DNA of 62,891 nucleotides from a virus (Duplodnaviria > Caudoviricetes), in IMG/VR virus record IMGVR_UViG_3300027754_000089, positions 1 to 62,891 of that record; one strand, 5' to 3'. Below the pieces are notes generated by a model. The model had not been told where the DNA came from, did not search any database, and was given only the letters and a program-made list of their open reading frames with translations. Shown piece by piece: positions 38,390 to 47,133 of the stretch. The position numbers were made by a program, and so were the translations under genes. Every line of letters begins with the position of its first letter. The stretch's first letter is position 1.

Positions 38390-39253
38390 TTATACACCAG
38401 TAGTATTGTTCATGCTATGGAAGTTTCCGTTCCATGTCACTAATACTTCAGGGAAGCCAACAAAACTCACTGATTGTGAGGCAATAGTAACTGCGGAGTT
38501 TAAAGTCAATGTTGTTGAATTGACGTTAGTGACCGTAATATAGTTACCTTGAGCACATCCAGTACCTGTAGCAATTACTTGCATACCAGCCAAAATTGCG
38601 CTGTTTGCTGCACCTAAAGTCAAGGTTGCTGAAGAACCTGAAGTAGAAGCAGTAGCAGAAACAACAACGGCGCTTTCAGAAACAACACCAATAACACGGA
38701 AAGGTGCTGCGGCTGTAACACGCGTGTTACCTGTACCGTTAGAAACAACACCACCTGTTAAGGCAAGGTATGAATCACCAGTAGTTGTAGAACCAAGGTT
38801 GGCTGTCAATGGGTACATATTACTACCAACAAAAGCTGGGTTCACATAACCGACAGTTACGTTGAGTGTATTAGCCAGAGAAGTAGCTTGACCAGCAACA
38901 ACAGCTTTAAACACAACGCGAGGATCATCAATTACGTAAGCAACAGCATTGTTTGATACGGTACTTGCAGGCCAGTATTGACTCTGAATGATTTGACCCA
39001 TTGAGTTTGTATATTGGCAACCAAGAAAAACACCTATCGTACCTGCAATTGCGGCAGTGGGACTTGATGCGGCAGAATAGCTACATGTAACAATTGAACC
39101 ATTTGCGGTCAACTGAACAATATCGCCATAGTACAAATTGGTACCGTAACCAGTAGCAATAGTGTACATACTGGTGGAACCAACATATGCTAAACCACCA
39201 TACTCTTTCAGTGGTTTTAGCCCGTAGGGGGCTGAGACGCTTGGATAAGCCAT
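38390..39253 (-). CDS. Capsid-associated (cement/decoration) protein
   Basis: Directly upstream of capsid; APYGLKP...GVFLGCQY. Confidence 0.65.
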   Translation of the reverse strand: MAYPSVSAPYGLKPLKEYGGLAYVGSTSMYTIATGYGTNLYYGDIVQLTANGSIVTCSYSAASSPTAAIAGTIGVFLGCQYTNSMGQIIQSQYWPASTVSNNAVAYVIDDPRVVFKAVVAGQATSLANTLNVTVGYVNPAFVGSNMYPLTANLGSTTTGDSYLALTGGVVSNGTGNTRVTAAAPFRVIGVVSESAVVVSATASTSGSSATLTLGAANSAILAGMQVIATGTGCAQGNYITVTNVNSTTLTLNSAVTIASQSVSFVGFPEVLVTWNGNFHSMNNTTGV

Positions 39254-39269
39254 TTAAGGACTCCTTAAG

Positions 39270-39722
39270 TTATTTAGAACCAGAACCAAACCCAGATCCG
39301 CGACTGACTGTTGACTTGCGGTCAGAGAACAGCGGCATCCTTGGATCATTGTTTCGCATAAAGTGATTGTCAACTGAGTCCATCTGATTTTGCGCTTGTT
39401 TGTTGAAATACTCGTCACGGGCTTTGGCTTGTTCAGAAGGTTGTTTGCATAGCATCAACCCACCAATCTCGACGTTGCCTGTCTTTTCATTCGCCTCAAG
39501 CATAAGCTCTGGATGGTCTACTGCCTTCACTGGCACCCAGCCATCGCGCATCTTACGAGACACGTTGGTTGGATCGGCTTGTCCCATAATATGCGTCGCT
39601 ATCCAGCGATAGACATATCCGGGTTCCGGTGTCGGATCGGGCAGTGTGCTCGATGGTGTATATACATACCGAGCGTTTTTGTCGCGTGAAGTTGTGTCAC
39701 GATTTGATCTGTTATCAGCCAT
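39270..39722 (-). CDS. Head morphogenesis protein, function unknown
   Basis: GYVYRWI...GWVPV...GGLMLCK; position between scaffold and capsid. Confidence 0.65.
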   Translation of the reverse strand: MADNRSNRDTTSRDKNARYVYTPSSTLPDPTPEPGYVYRWIATHIMGQADPTNVSRKMRDGWVPVKAVDHPELMLEANEKTGNVEIGGLMLCKQPSEQAKARDEYFNKQAQNQMDSVDNHFMRNNDPRMPLFSDRKSTVSRGSGFGSGSK

Positions 39723-40659
39723 TTTGAGCCTCCAATTTAGCTACTTGTGCAGCGTATTGCTGCGGGGTTAATCCAAACTTTTTTGCCAACGCAACTTGCG
39801 TGGTAGTTAGTTTGACCTTTCCTGCGGACGTAGAACGACCAGCAGGCGCAACAACAGTTGAGGGCCGTCTATTGACTTCAACAGATTTTTTGTCTTCAGA
39901 ACCACCGAATACTTCAGGGAACTTCGACTTTATGCGAGCATCAATTTGCTCGAAATACTCATCATTGCGGGGGTCTACACCTCCGTTGACTAGTTTTTGA
40001 TGCAGTCCTAGTGCGTAACTGGTAACTTCCTCAAACCCCGATGCACCAAACCACTGGTTTTTTGCCTGCCAGCGCAGTGACTTTTCGTCTGGTTGAACCT
40101 TTTGAGGTTGGGTATACTGCGTTTGTACCTCATTCCTTTCCTCTTGTAAAGGGGGAACACGATAATTTTTTACAGTTTCTAGTTGCATTTTAGCATCAGT
40201 CAAGGCTTCTTGAGCTGCAATGATGGCGTCTGTGTCAAATGCTTCTTGAGCTTCTTTGTATTGTTTGCGAGCCAACGTAAGGTCTGCTTCTGCTTTTTCC
40301 TTAGCGGAACTAACAAATGCTTCTTGCCCTACATTAACGCTCTTTTTAAGACTTTTATTCTCGTCTATCAGTTGTTGTGCAAGACGCTCAAGTTCTTGTC
40401 GCTCACGTTCTACCGAGTCTGCTCTACGGCGTTCATCATGTCTAGCGTGTGTCAACTCTTTGATACGTTTTTTAACACCGTCTGAATAACTGTCAAGTTC
40501 GTCATCGCTTGGGTCTTCAACTTCCCTGTTCAAGGGCTGGCGGCCACGATCACGTTCAGGGGTATCGTCAACAATTTCAATATCAACGTCTTCACCTTCA
40601 ATTTCGATGTCAATCTTTTTGTCTTCGATTTCATCGGGAAACTTGAATTTATCTTCCAT
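39715..40659 (-). CDS. Capsid scaffolding protein
   Basis: Acidic N-terminus, coiled coil, C-terminal LTTTQVALAKKFGLTPQQYA helix. Confidence 0.75.
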   Translation of the reverse strand: MEDKFKFPDEIEDKKIDIEIEGEDVDIEIVDDTPERDRGRQPLNREVEDPSDDELDSYSDGVKKRIKELTHARHDERRRADSVERERQELERLAQQLIDENKSLKKSVNVGQEAFVSSAKEKAEADLTLARKQYKEAQEAFDTDAIIAAQEALTDAKMQLETVKNYRVPPLQEERNEVQTQYTQPQKVQPDEKSLRWQAKNQWFGASGFEEVTSYALGLHQKLVNGGVDPRNDEYFEQIDARIKSKFPEVFGGSEDKKSVEVNRRPSTVVAPAGRSTSAGKVKLTTTQVALAKKFGLTPQQYAAQVAKLEAQNG

Positions 40660-40668
40660 GATTTTCCT

Positions 40669-41103
40669 TTAAGCGCGGGTAATCCCACGAGGGTCTTGCA
40701 CAACACATTCAACTTGGTCATCATTGATTACTCTGAATTCCTTGCCAAATATCTTCAATCGCGTACCTGTGTAGGTACGTACCACCACGAAATCCCCTTG
40801 TTTGCACCAAGGCCCACTAGGAAATTTAGCTGTGTCTTTATAGGCGTCTTCTCCTAGCGCCATGACAAACAGCGTGGTTGTACCCATCTGTTCTTGTTTG
40901 GCGTAGTCCATAGGACGCATTAAATCTAACTCCGTGCCATCTAATTTGTTAGATATGTCAGGCACGACGCAGAGTATTTTGTACCCTGTTGGAACGGGCA
41001 AAGCCGTTGCTCTATCTTCTATAGGTATGTCTTCATCAGGCATATCCATAGGAAAAATTTGTTCAGGCAGGCTTACGCCCGGTGGAAGAATAAGATCACT
41101 CAT
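40669..41103 (-). CDS. GroES-like co-chaperonin
   Basis: PTGYKIL...GPWCKQGDFVV..YTG..KIFGKEFRVINDDQV. Confidence 0.8.
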   Translation of the reverse strand: MSDLILPPGVSLPEQIFPMDMPDEDIPIEDRATALPVPTGYKILCVVPDISNKLDGTELDLMRPMDYAKQEQMGTTTLFVMALGEDAYKDTAKFPSGPWCKQGDFVVVRTYTGTRLKIFGKEFRVINDDQVECVVQDPRGITRA

Positions 41104-41290
41104 TGGCTTTTTCAACTTTCTCAAGCAGGTCAATTAAATAACGCTCTGCAATGGCTAGACCCGAAATAACACCACAGAGTTTTTGATATTCATCGAAAGT
41201 GCGACATTGACCCCCAGCGATATCATCGCAATAGTTGTTCATGTCGGTGCGTATTTGTTCGCGCAATACGCGTGCGAAGTCTTGGATCAT
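41096..41290 (-). CDS. Small hypothetical protein
   Basis: AAGGAG RBS; YQKLCGVISGL. Confidence 0.7.
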   Translation of the reverse strand: MIQDFARVLREQIRTDMNNYCDDIAGGQCRTFDEYQKLCGVISGLAIAERYLIDLLEKVEKANE

Positions 41291-43797
41291 TTAGGTACTT
41301 TCTCCTTTGGTTGCCGCGTGTTTGCGGCATGTTGAAGCGCAGTGGTTCTTGCTTGTAACTCCATCTGTGCTTTATTCTTGGCAATGTCAGCGCCCATTTG
41401 GACGCCCATTCGTTCTTGTTCAGATTGAGCTTTGGCTTGGCTTTCTTTGATTTGCGCGCCAACACGTAAGGCATCCAACTCCAACTGACCTTGAACTTTC
41501 TGTTCTTCAAGCTTTTGCTTGTCTGCGTCTCTTGCCAAATCTCCAGTAATCTTGATACCTTTGAGTTCAACTTCTTTCTGACGAATAGCCAAGTCTTGTT
41601 GTTGCATCTGCACCAAAGGATCCTGCATCTGTTGCTGGGCTTGCTGTTGTGCCGCTTGTGCCTGATCTTGTTGCAACACTTGATTGGCCGCTTGCGCCAT
41701 CATGGAAGACAGAGCCAACTCCAACTGTGGTGAAAGCTTCTCGTCTTCGGGAGGCATAGGCATACCCAACTGTTGCTCCACTTTTTGCCTGTACATATAT
41801 CCAGCATGTTCAGCCATATGCGCTTGTACAGCAGCCATCATTTGTTGCGCCATTGGGTTTTGTCCAATCACTTGCATGATGGCGGGGTTCTGCATCAAGG
41901 ACATGTGTACGCTGATATGCGCTTGGTGATCCTGATACATAAACGCTTTTAGGGGTTTACCTTTAAGAGCCTGCATATTCTCAGACACGGGGTCTGTTGG
42001 TTTCTGGTCATCTGGCAGGGGCACAAGCTTCTCAGCATTCTTAATGCCCAACACATCCAACATTGACCTGTGCAACTGTGGCAAGTCATAAATTTGAGGC
42101 GCCATCTGCGCCATCTGGATCACGGCCTGATACTGCACCACGCGTTGACTCATCGTTGCGGCATTTGGGTCACTTACGGGAATGACGTCCACCAAGTCGT
42201 AATCTTCCTTCTTGGCTTTCTTTGAACCATACTCAGGCTCATACGTGTAGGAAGTATCCGTGTAATCCCGTATGAGGTTTTTGATGAGCTTTAACTCTTG
42301 CTTTAAAGCAAAGTGCACACGCGCTTGGACTGCGGTCAATACTTTCAACTGGCGCTCAAGGAGGGCAAGCGTTGTACCTACAGGTGCTTGGCTAGACATG
42401 TCACTGATGTTCATGTCTGCTGTTGCCGCAAATCTTCTGCCTTCTTCAACAATCTGGTTCATCAAATTGAACAGTACGTTGCTAGGTTCTTTGTAAGGCA
42501 GCGGTAAGATTGAGTCTCTGATGTTGCCAGATGCAACGTCTACGTCCCTGAACTCACCCGGGGCAATCGGCGTGTCATCACCCTTGATGCGAAGTCCTCG
42601 GGACTTAAGACCGCCGGGGAGATTGGAGAGGGTGCCTGCATCAACAAGTTGACGCATAATGCTTGTAGCGGATTTGGCAAATCCTCCAATGAGGTGAAAG
42701 AGTCCAAAGCCATAGGCTCCAAAGCCGGGGATGTATTGGTAGTGGACAAAGTGTTGTCGTTTGAGTTTGAGCTCATCTCCCTCTTCCCAGTTCCGCCTAA
42801 TAGATAAGACTTCATTGCTTCCTTTGATTAGGGTTACGACGTATGGTAAACCAATGCCGGTCTCTTCGCCATCTTCATCTTCGTCTTTGTAGCCTTCCAA
42901 GTCCAAGTCAACGTGGCACTCATACAAAGTGTAGCGGTCATCGTTTAAGTCGCTAAAGCCTGTCTCTTTGTCCTTGGCTTGCTTGATGTCGTTTCTTTCT
43001 TTTGTAGGTTCTGCTAACTCTACGTCAAGATAGAACCCTGCTTGCTGTAGTTTAAGAATTTCGTTCTTGGTTTTCCTCATCACATGCGTTACACGGTAAC
43101 AAGTGTCCATGTCTGTTGCGCCATATGGAAGCAGCATGTCCTCCGCAGGCACAAACACACTGACCTGACGGCCAAGACCGGGATCGTAGTAGACTTTCTT
43201 AAACGCAGAACCCGTGGCTGGGAGACTCCACAGCATCCTTTCATGTTCGGGACGGAACTCTTTCATGGTCTCCGTCAGCTCATAATTCATGTCGTTCTCG
43301 ACATTGGTGGCTTTTTCTTTTAACTCTGGCGTCTCTTTACCCAATAGTTTGGTACGTACTGGCCCCTGTGCAGGGAATGTTTCTGTAATGGTCTCGGCTT
43401 GGAAGCGCACAACGGCCTCAGTAATCATAGGGTGGAACACGCCACACGCGCCGTCCCAAGGTTCTGTCCGGTTCTCAATCTGTAACCCAAGAAGCTTTAG
43501 TCCTTCTGTGTAGGCTTTCTCCCACTCTTTACGCGAACCACGGTCTTGGTCAATGTCAGAGTCCAAATCTCCTGCCAAAGAAGACAAAGCGCCTTCGTCC
43601 ATGTACTCGGCCAAGTTATCGCCAAAGCCTTCTTCATCGTCTTCACCGGGTTTGAGCTTGATCTCCATGTCCCCCGCTTTGATGCTGACTTCTTCAGGAT
43701 CAACGATCTCAATCTCTAAAGGTTCTTCTTCCTCAGCCAAAGCGTCTATGCCTTGCGGTGCTTGATACAGGGATTTGTCAAAATTACTTGTTGCCAT
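41287..43797 (-). CDS. Portal protein (P22-like, long Q-rich C-terminal barrel)
   Basis: 836 aa after terminase; GSAFKKVYYD; Q-rich coiled-coil tail. Confidence 0.88.
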   Translation of the reverse strand: MATSNFDKSLYQAPQGIDALAEEEEPLEIEIVDPEEVSIKAGDMEIKLKPGEDDEEGFGDNLAEYMDEGALSSLAGDLDSDIDQDRGSRKEWEKAYTEGLKLLGLQIENRTEPWDGACGVFHPMITEAVVRFQAETITETFPAQGPVRTKLLGKETPELKEKATNVENDMNYELTETMKEFRPEHERMLWSLPATGSAFKKVYYDPGLGRQVSVFVPAEDMLLPYGATDMDTCYRVTHVMRKTKNEILKLQQAGFYLDVELAEPTKERNDIKQAKDKETGFSDLNDDRYTLYECHVDLDLEGYKDEDEDGEETGIGLPYVVTLIKGSNEVLSIRRNWEEGDELKLKRQHFVHYQYIPGFGAYGFGLFHLIGGFAKSATSIMRQLVDAGTLSNLPGGLKSRGLRIKGDDTPIAPGEFRDVDVASGNIRDSILPLPYKEPSNVLFNLMNQIVEEGRRFAATADMNISDMSSQAPVGTTLALLERQLKVLTAVQARVHFALKQELKLIKNLIRDYTDTSYTYEPEYGSKKAKKEDYDLVDVIPVSDPNAATMSQRVVQYQAVIQMAQMAPQIYDLPQLHRSMLDVLGIKNAEKLVPLPDDQKPTDPVSENMQALKGKPLKAFMYQDHQAHISVHMSLMQNPAIMQVIGQNPMAQQMMAAVQAHMAEHAGYMYRQKVEQQLGMPMPPEDEKLSPQLELALSSMMAQAANQVLQQDQAQAAQQQAQQQMQDPLVQMQQQDLAIRQKEVELKGIKITGDLARDADKQKLEEQKVQGQLELDALRVGAQIKESQAKAQSEQERMGVQMGADIAKNKAQMELQARTTALQHAANTRQPKEKVPK

Positions 43798-43805
43798 GAT
43801 TGTCC

Positions 43806-44531
43806 TTAAATTAATTTAGTGCGACCGCCTTGACGGTAGTTGTCTGGCAATGTTATTGTAGGGCCTTTGCCTCTTGTAGCTTCTAACAATTCCATTTCAT
43901 TGCCGCCCAACGTCCCCGGAGTTAAACCCAAAGGTAAAAAACTCTCACCAATATCTCTAGCGGCTTTTCTGTATTCTCCTGCGCTTGCTGCGCCCGCACC
44001 GCCAAGTAAAGCGGCTGCTACGCCCGCTTTACCACCTAAACCTTTTAGTCTTTCTGGTCTAGGATGTACTTCAGTAATAGCATTACCCCAATGTATATTT
44101 TTACCTGATGAACCTACGGGGCTTTCGCTTCCATAAATTTCTACGGGATGTAAACCAACTTTTGGTTGTACTGCATAGGGCGCTTGCACCATTGTTGTTC
44201 CGGCTTTTTTAGGGCCGTAGTCCTCCATTAACTGTAAAGCCACCTTGCCTGTGGGCTTTCCGTTTTCTAAAACGGGGACAAATTTTGTACCCATTTCTGC
44301 ATTTTGATATAAGCCAGCTATATTGTTAACATCTTTTGGATCCATGAACACCGTTTTTACAGAACGCGGTTGAACGCCTGTAGAAGTATCTTTGTGATTT
44401 GCACCACTTCTGTTGCGTGTTGTTGTGCTATCTGTGTGGTGTGCGTAAGTAGAACCACGACCCGTTTTAAATACGGACGCTATATCATCTGTTCCTGTAG
44501 GTAACTTAAACAACGAATCATAATCAGCCAT
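43806..44531 (-). CDS. Hypothetical protein inserted between terminase and portal
   Basis: AT-richer; flanked by 17-bp direct repeats; ends YRQGGRTKLI. Confidence 0.7.
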   Translation of the reverse strand: MADYDSLFKLPTGTDDIASVFKTGRGSTYAHHTDSTTTRNRSGANHKDTSTGVQPRSVKTVFMDPKDVNNIAGLYQNAEMGTKFVPVLENGKPTGKVALQLMEDYGPKKAGTTMVQAPYAVQPKVGLHPVEIYGSESPVGSSGKNIHWGNAITEVHPRPERLKGLGGKAGVAAALLGGAGAASAGEYRKAARDIGESFLPLGLTPGTLGGNEMELLEATRGKGPTITLPDNYRQGGRTKLI

Positions 44532-44539
44532 GATTGTCC

Positions 44540-46069
44540 TTAATAGTATGCAGCGTGACGACTACGGAAAATAGACGGCTCGTCCTTTTCGTCTGAGTCT
44601 AACGAAATAAAGCCACCTTGCCTATAGCGAAGTAATGCTTGCGATGTTGTATCTACATAGTCGTCGTGCTCTCCTACAGGGAAAGACGCAACTTCTTCTA
44701 TCACTTCTCTGGCCCAGCGTGTGTCTGGTGCCCAGATTTTTCCTGAGCTGAATAGATCTGCCACGGCGTTGAGGCGCACCATCTTGTCATTACCTCGGCT
44801 AGGGCTGAACTCTTGAACAGGGATTCCCATACTGCGTAGCTCTTGGATAAGCGGCGCTCCTGCCGCCTTCTTTTCAACAATGAACGCATCGGGTTCCCAC
44901 TCCTTGTAATGTTTCAACGCCACTTGTTTCAATTCAGGAAATGCCATTCTATCCTTGAACGCGTCAAGGAGTATGACCTGTGGGCTGTCGTTTTCTTCTT
45001 CGTTGTAAAAAACTCCCCACGTTGTGCACGCACTGTAGTCAGAGTTGTTCTTGGTCTCAAACGCCGTATCCCAAGACTGTATGACGTACTCACACTTGGG
45101 TGGCTCGTCTGCTGTCCAGATGCGCCAATGCTTTCTGGAAATAATAGCGCTGTTGTCTGATGTGGGTTGCTGCATGTACTGGGCGTTCCAGTACTTTGGA
45201 TCCAAAGATGCTTTTGTTTTCTCAAGGGCTTCAATCGGCCACTGCTCTGGCCATAGGGATTTACCCGAAGGCAGTATTGCAGGCAACTCTACAATATCCC
45301 AAGTTTCCGCTTCAGGGTTTTTGGTTTGGTAATCAAGCAGTTTGCCCGTCAGATCTAGGAGCGACCAGCGCGTCATAATCACAATAATTGCCCCACCCGG
45401 CATCAAACGCTGCAACGGGCCCGTTTGAAACCATGACCATGCCGAGTCAAAAGCCAAACGACTGTTGGTTTTTACATCTTGCTCAGAATGAGGGTCGTCA
45501 ATAACAAACAAATCAGCGCCACGGCCAGCCAAAGCGCCGCCAACACCGGCTGCGTAGTATTGTCCACCAGCCGCAGTAGACCATTTACCAGCCGCCTTCT
45601 GATCCTCCGCAATGAGTGTGTTAGGAAAAATATCACGGTATTCCTCCGAATCAATTAAATTACGCACTCTGCGTCCAAAATCTTCTGAGAGTCCAGCGGT
45701 GTGGGTTCCCATGATGATCTTCTTCTCAGGAAACTTGCCTAAAAAATAAGCAGGAAACAAATAAGATGAAAACTCAGATTTTCCATGACGCGGTGCAATA
45801 TTTATGATTACGCGTTTTTTTGTTCCGCTGATGACATCTTCAAATATTTTGGCTAATTTCCTGTGATGTGGCCCCGTTTTAAAGCCGGGGTATACGGCGT
45901 TGGCAAACCCTAGAATGCTGTTCTGAGATGCAATGAGGCTGGCACGTTTCTCTTGGGCGTCAATGTCTTGGAGCAATTCCAGCTTCTCCTCCTTTGACAT
46001 GCGTGGGAGGTTTTGGGTAATGAGCTTGGACTCAAGTGGCGTCAGGCTCGTGATCTTGCTCAAGTCCAT
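44540..46069 (-). CDS. terL: Terminase large subunit
   Basis: APRHGKS Walker A, IDDP Walker B, SWDTA and HDDYVD nuclease motifs. Confidence 0.95.
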   Translation of the reverse strand: MDLSKITSLTPLESKLITQNLPRMSKEEKLELLQDIDAQEKRASLIASQNSILGFANAVYPGFKTGPHHRKLAKIFEDVISGTKKRVIINIAPRHGKSEFSSYLFPAYFLGKFPEKKIIMGTHTAGLSEDFGRRVRNLIDSEEYRDIFPNTLIAEDQKAAGKWSTAAGGQYYAAGVGGALAGRGADLFVIDDPHSEQDVKTNSRLAFDSAWSWFQTGPLQRLMPGGAIIVIMTRWSLLDLTGKLLDYQTKNPEAETWDIVELPAILPSGKSLWPEQWPIEALEKTKASLDPKYWNAQYMQQPTSDNSAIISRKHWRIWTADEPPKCEYVIQSWDTAFETKNNSDYSACTTWGVFYNEEENDSPQVILLDAFKDRMAFPELKQVALKHYKEWEPDAFIVEKKAAGAPLIQELRSMGIPVQEFSPSRGNDKMVRLNAVADLFSSGKIWAPDTRWAREVIEEVASFPVGEHDDYVDTTSQALLRYRQGGFISLDSDEKDEPSIFRSRHAAYY

Positions 46070-46643
46070 GCGGTTCCAAGTCTGTTATTTCATCTTTGTT
46101 GGCCAGTACGTCCACTACATCCATCAAGCGATTGAGCTTGTCTTTGATGCGGTTGTCCAACTCATCGTCAGTCATTTCCGCTTTCTTGACCTCAATCTTC
46201 TCAGTGAAGAGCCCAACTTCGGTTACCTTACCCAGCAGTCCCAGCGCTTTAAGTCGTATGTTGGCGTTGGGAGATTGAGTCTCCTCAACGATTTTGGCCA
46301 CTGTGTACCCACGAAGCTCCCGCGCCATATCAATAAACGCCCAGTCATAAGCGCTCAACATTCCTGTCAGGTGCCTTACAGCTTCTGGGGTTTTAAGTTC
46401 GGCAAGAGATGCTTTTTGTTCTAGGGTGTCTGTTGTAATGGTTAACGACCCAAAAGCTTTACGGGCGGCATTGGTTTCTTTTTCCTTGACCAGATCTTCA
46501 TCAGACTCTACGCCAAGTTCTTCTAACCACTTTGTTGTGGCGTATTGCGCCGACACGATTTCATTGGGCGAAGCGTCGTCCAATTTTAAGAAGCCATCCC
46601 GAGAGGTGACCTCGGGTTCATAATGCACCAAGTGATCTAACAT
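46032..46643 (-). CDS. Probable terminase small subunit
   Basis: Upstream of and overlapping terL; RLKALGLLGK motif; likely ATG at 46643. Confidence 0.65.
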   Translation of the reverse strand: MLDHLVHYEPEVTSRDGFLKLDDASPNEIVSAQYATTKWLEELGVESDEDLVKEKETNAARKAFGSLTITTDTLEQKASLAELKTPEAVRHLTGMLSAYDWAFIDMARELRGYTVAKIVEETQSPNANIRLKALGLLGKVTEVGLFTEKIEVKKAEMTDDELDNRIKDKLNRLMDVVDVLANKDEITDLEPHGLEQDHEPDAT

Positions 46644-46657
46644 TTTTGCGTAGGCCC

Positions 46658-46686
46658 TTGCAACCTCGATAGCGTTAATGTACACT
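46658..46686 (+). promoter_or_regulatory. sigma70-like promoter for candidate sRNA
   Basis: TTGCAA-17-TACACT. Confidence 0.6.
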
Positions 46687-46692
46687 ACATTT

Positions 46693-46778
46693 GAAGTCTA
46701 GTGCAAGCAGTTGCCTTACTTCTCCTCTTGGTTTTGCAAAGAAACCATTCGCCCCACCTGTGCGTGGGGCTTTTTTTA
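46693..46778 (+). ncRNA. Candidate anti-Shine-Dalgarno small RNA
   Basis: Promoter, unpaired CTTACTTCTCCTCT between hairpins, intrinsic terminator; no credible ORF. Confidence 0.55.
46751..46778 (+). terminator. Intrinsic terminator
   Basis: GCCCCAC-CTGTGC-GTGGGGC followed by T7. Confidence 0.85.
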
Positions 46779-47046
46779 TGGGGTTGTGTCTAAAGTTTGA
46801 CAGAAGGTTTTTTAGAATTTTTATAAAATTTGTGGGGGTATTGTGTTTGTCAAAAGCGCCTAGCGTTGCCAACTACCCGACAGAAGGGGACATAAGGTAA
46901 CTAAAGTATTACAAAGTTATTGAGAATGGTTGTGGAACAGTGTTCATGGTCAACGGAGGGTGGCGGTCGTAAAGTCGGTGGTGGGGGTACGGTGGGTCAA
47001 CGCCCACAGCAATTCGGTGCTGTCAAGGGTATTGCTAAACGTGCTG

Positions 47047-47055
47047 TGCTATAAT
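47047..47055 (+). promoter_or_regulatory. Extended -10 early promoter
   Basis: TGCTATAAT about 80 bp upstream of first early gene. Confidence 0.65.
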
Positions 47056-47133
47056 AGAGGCATCGGTTGGGGGAACTCAATCGGTCGTCAACGCCTCGTA
47101 CGTCAACGAGGTTTTTTTATTGGAGATATTCAA

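Noticed and set aside
46691-46900. 69-aa plus and 65-aa minus ORFs across the sRNA region
   Set aside because: No suitably placed RBS; the plus ORF runs through a strong terminator; better explained as non-coding
46930-47133. Upstream extension of the first early ORF
   Set aside because: Spans the promoter and leader hairpins; the RBS supports ATG at 47134
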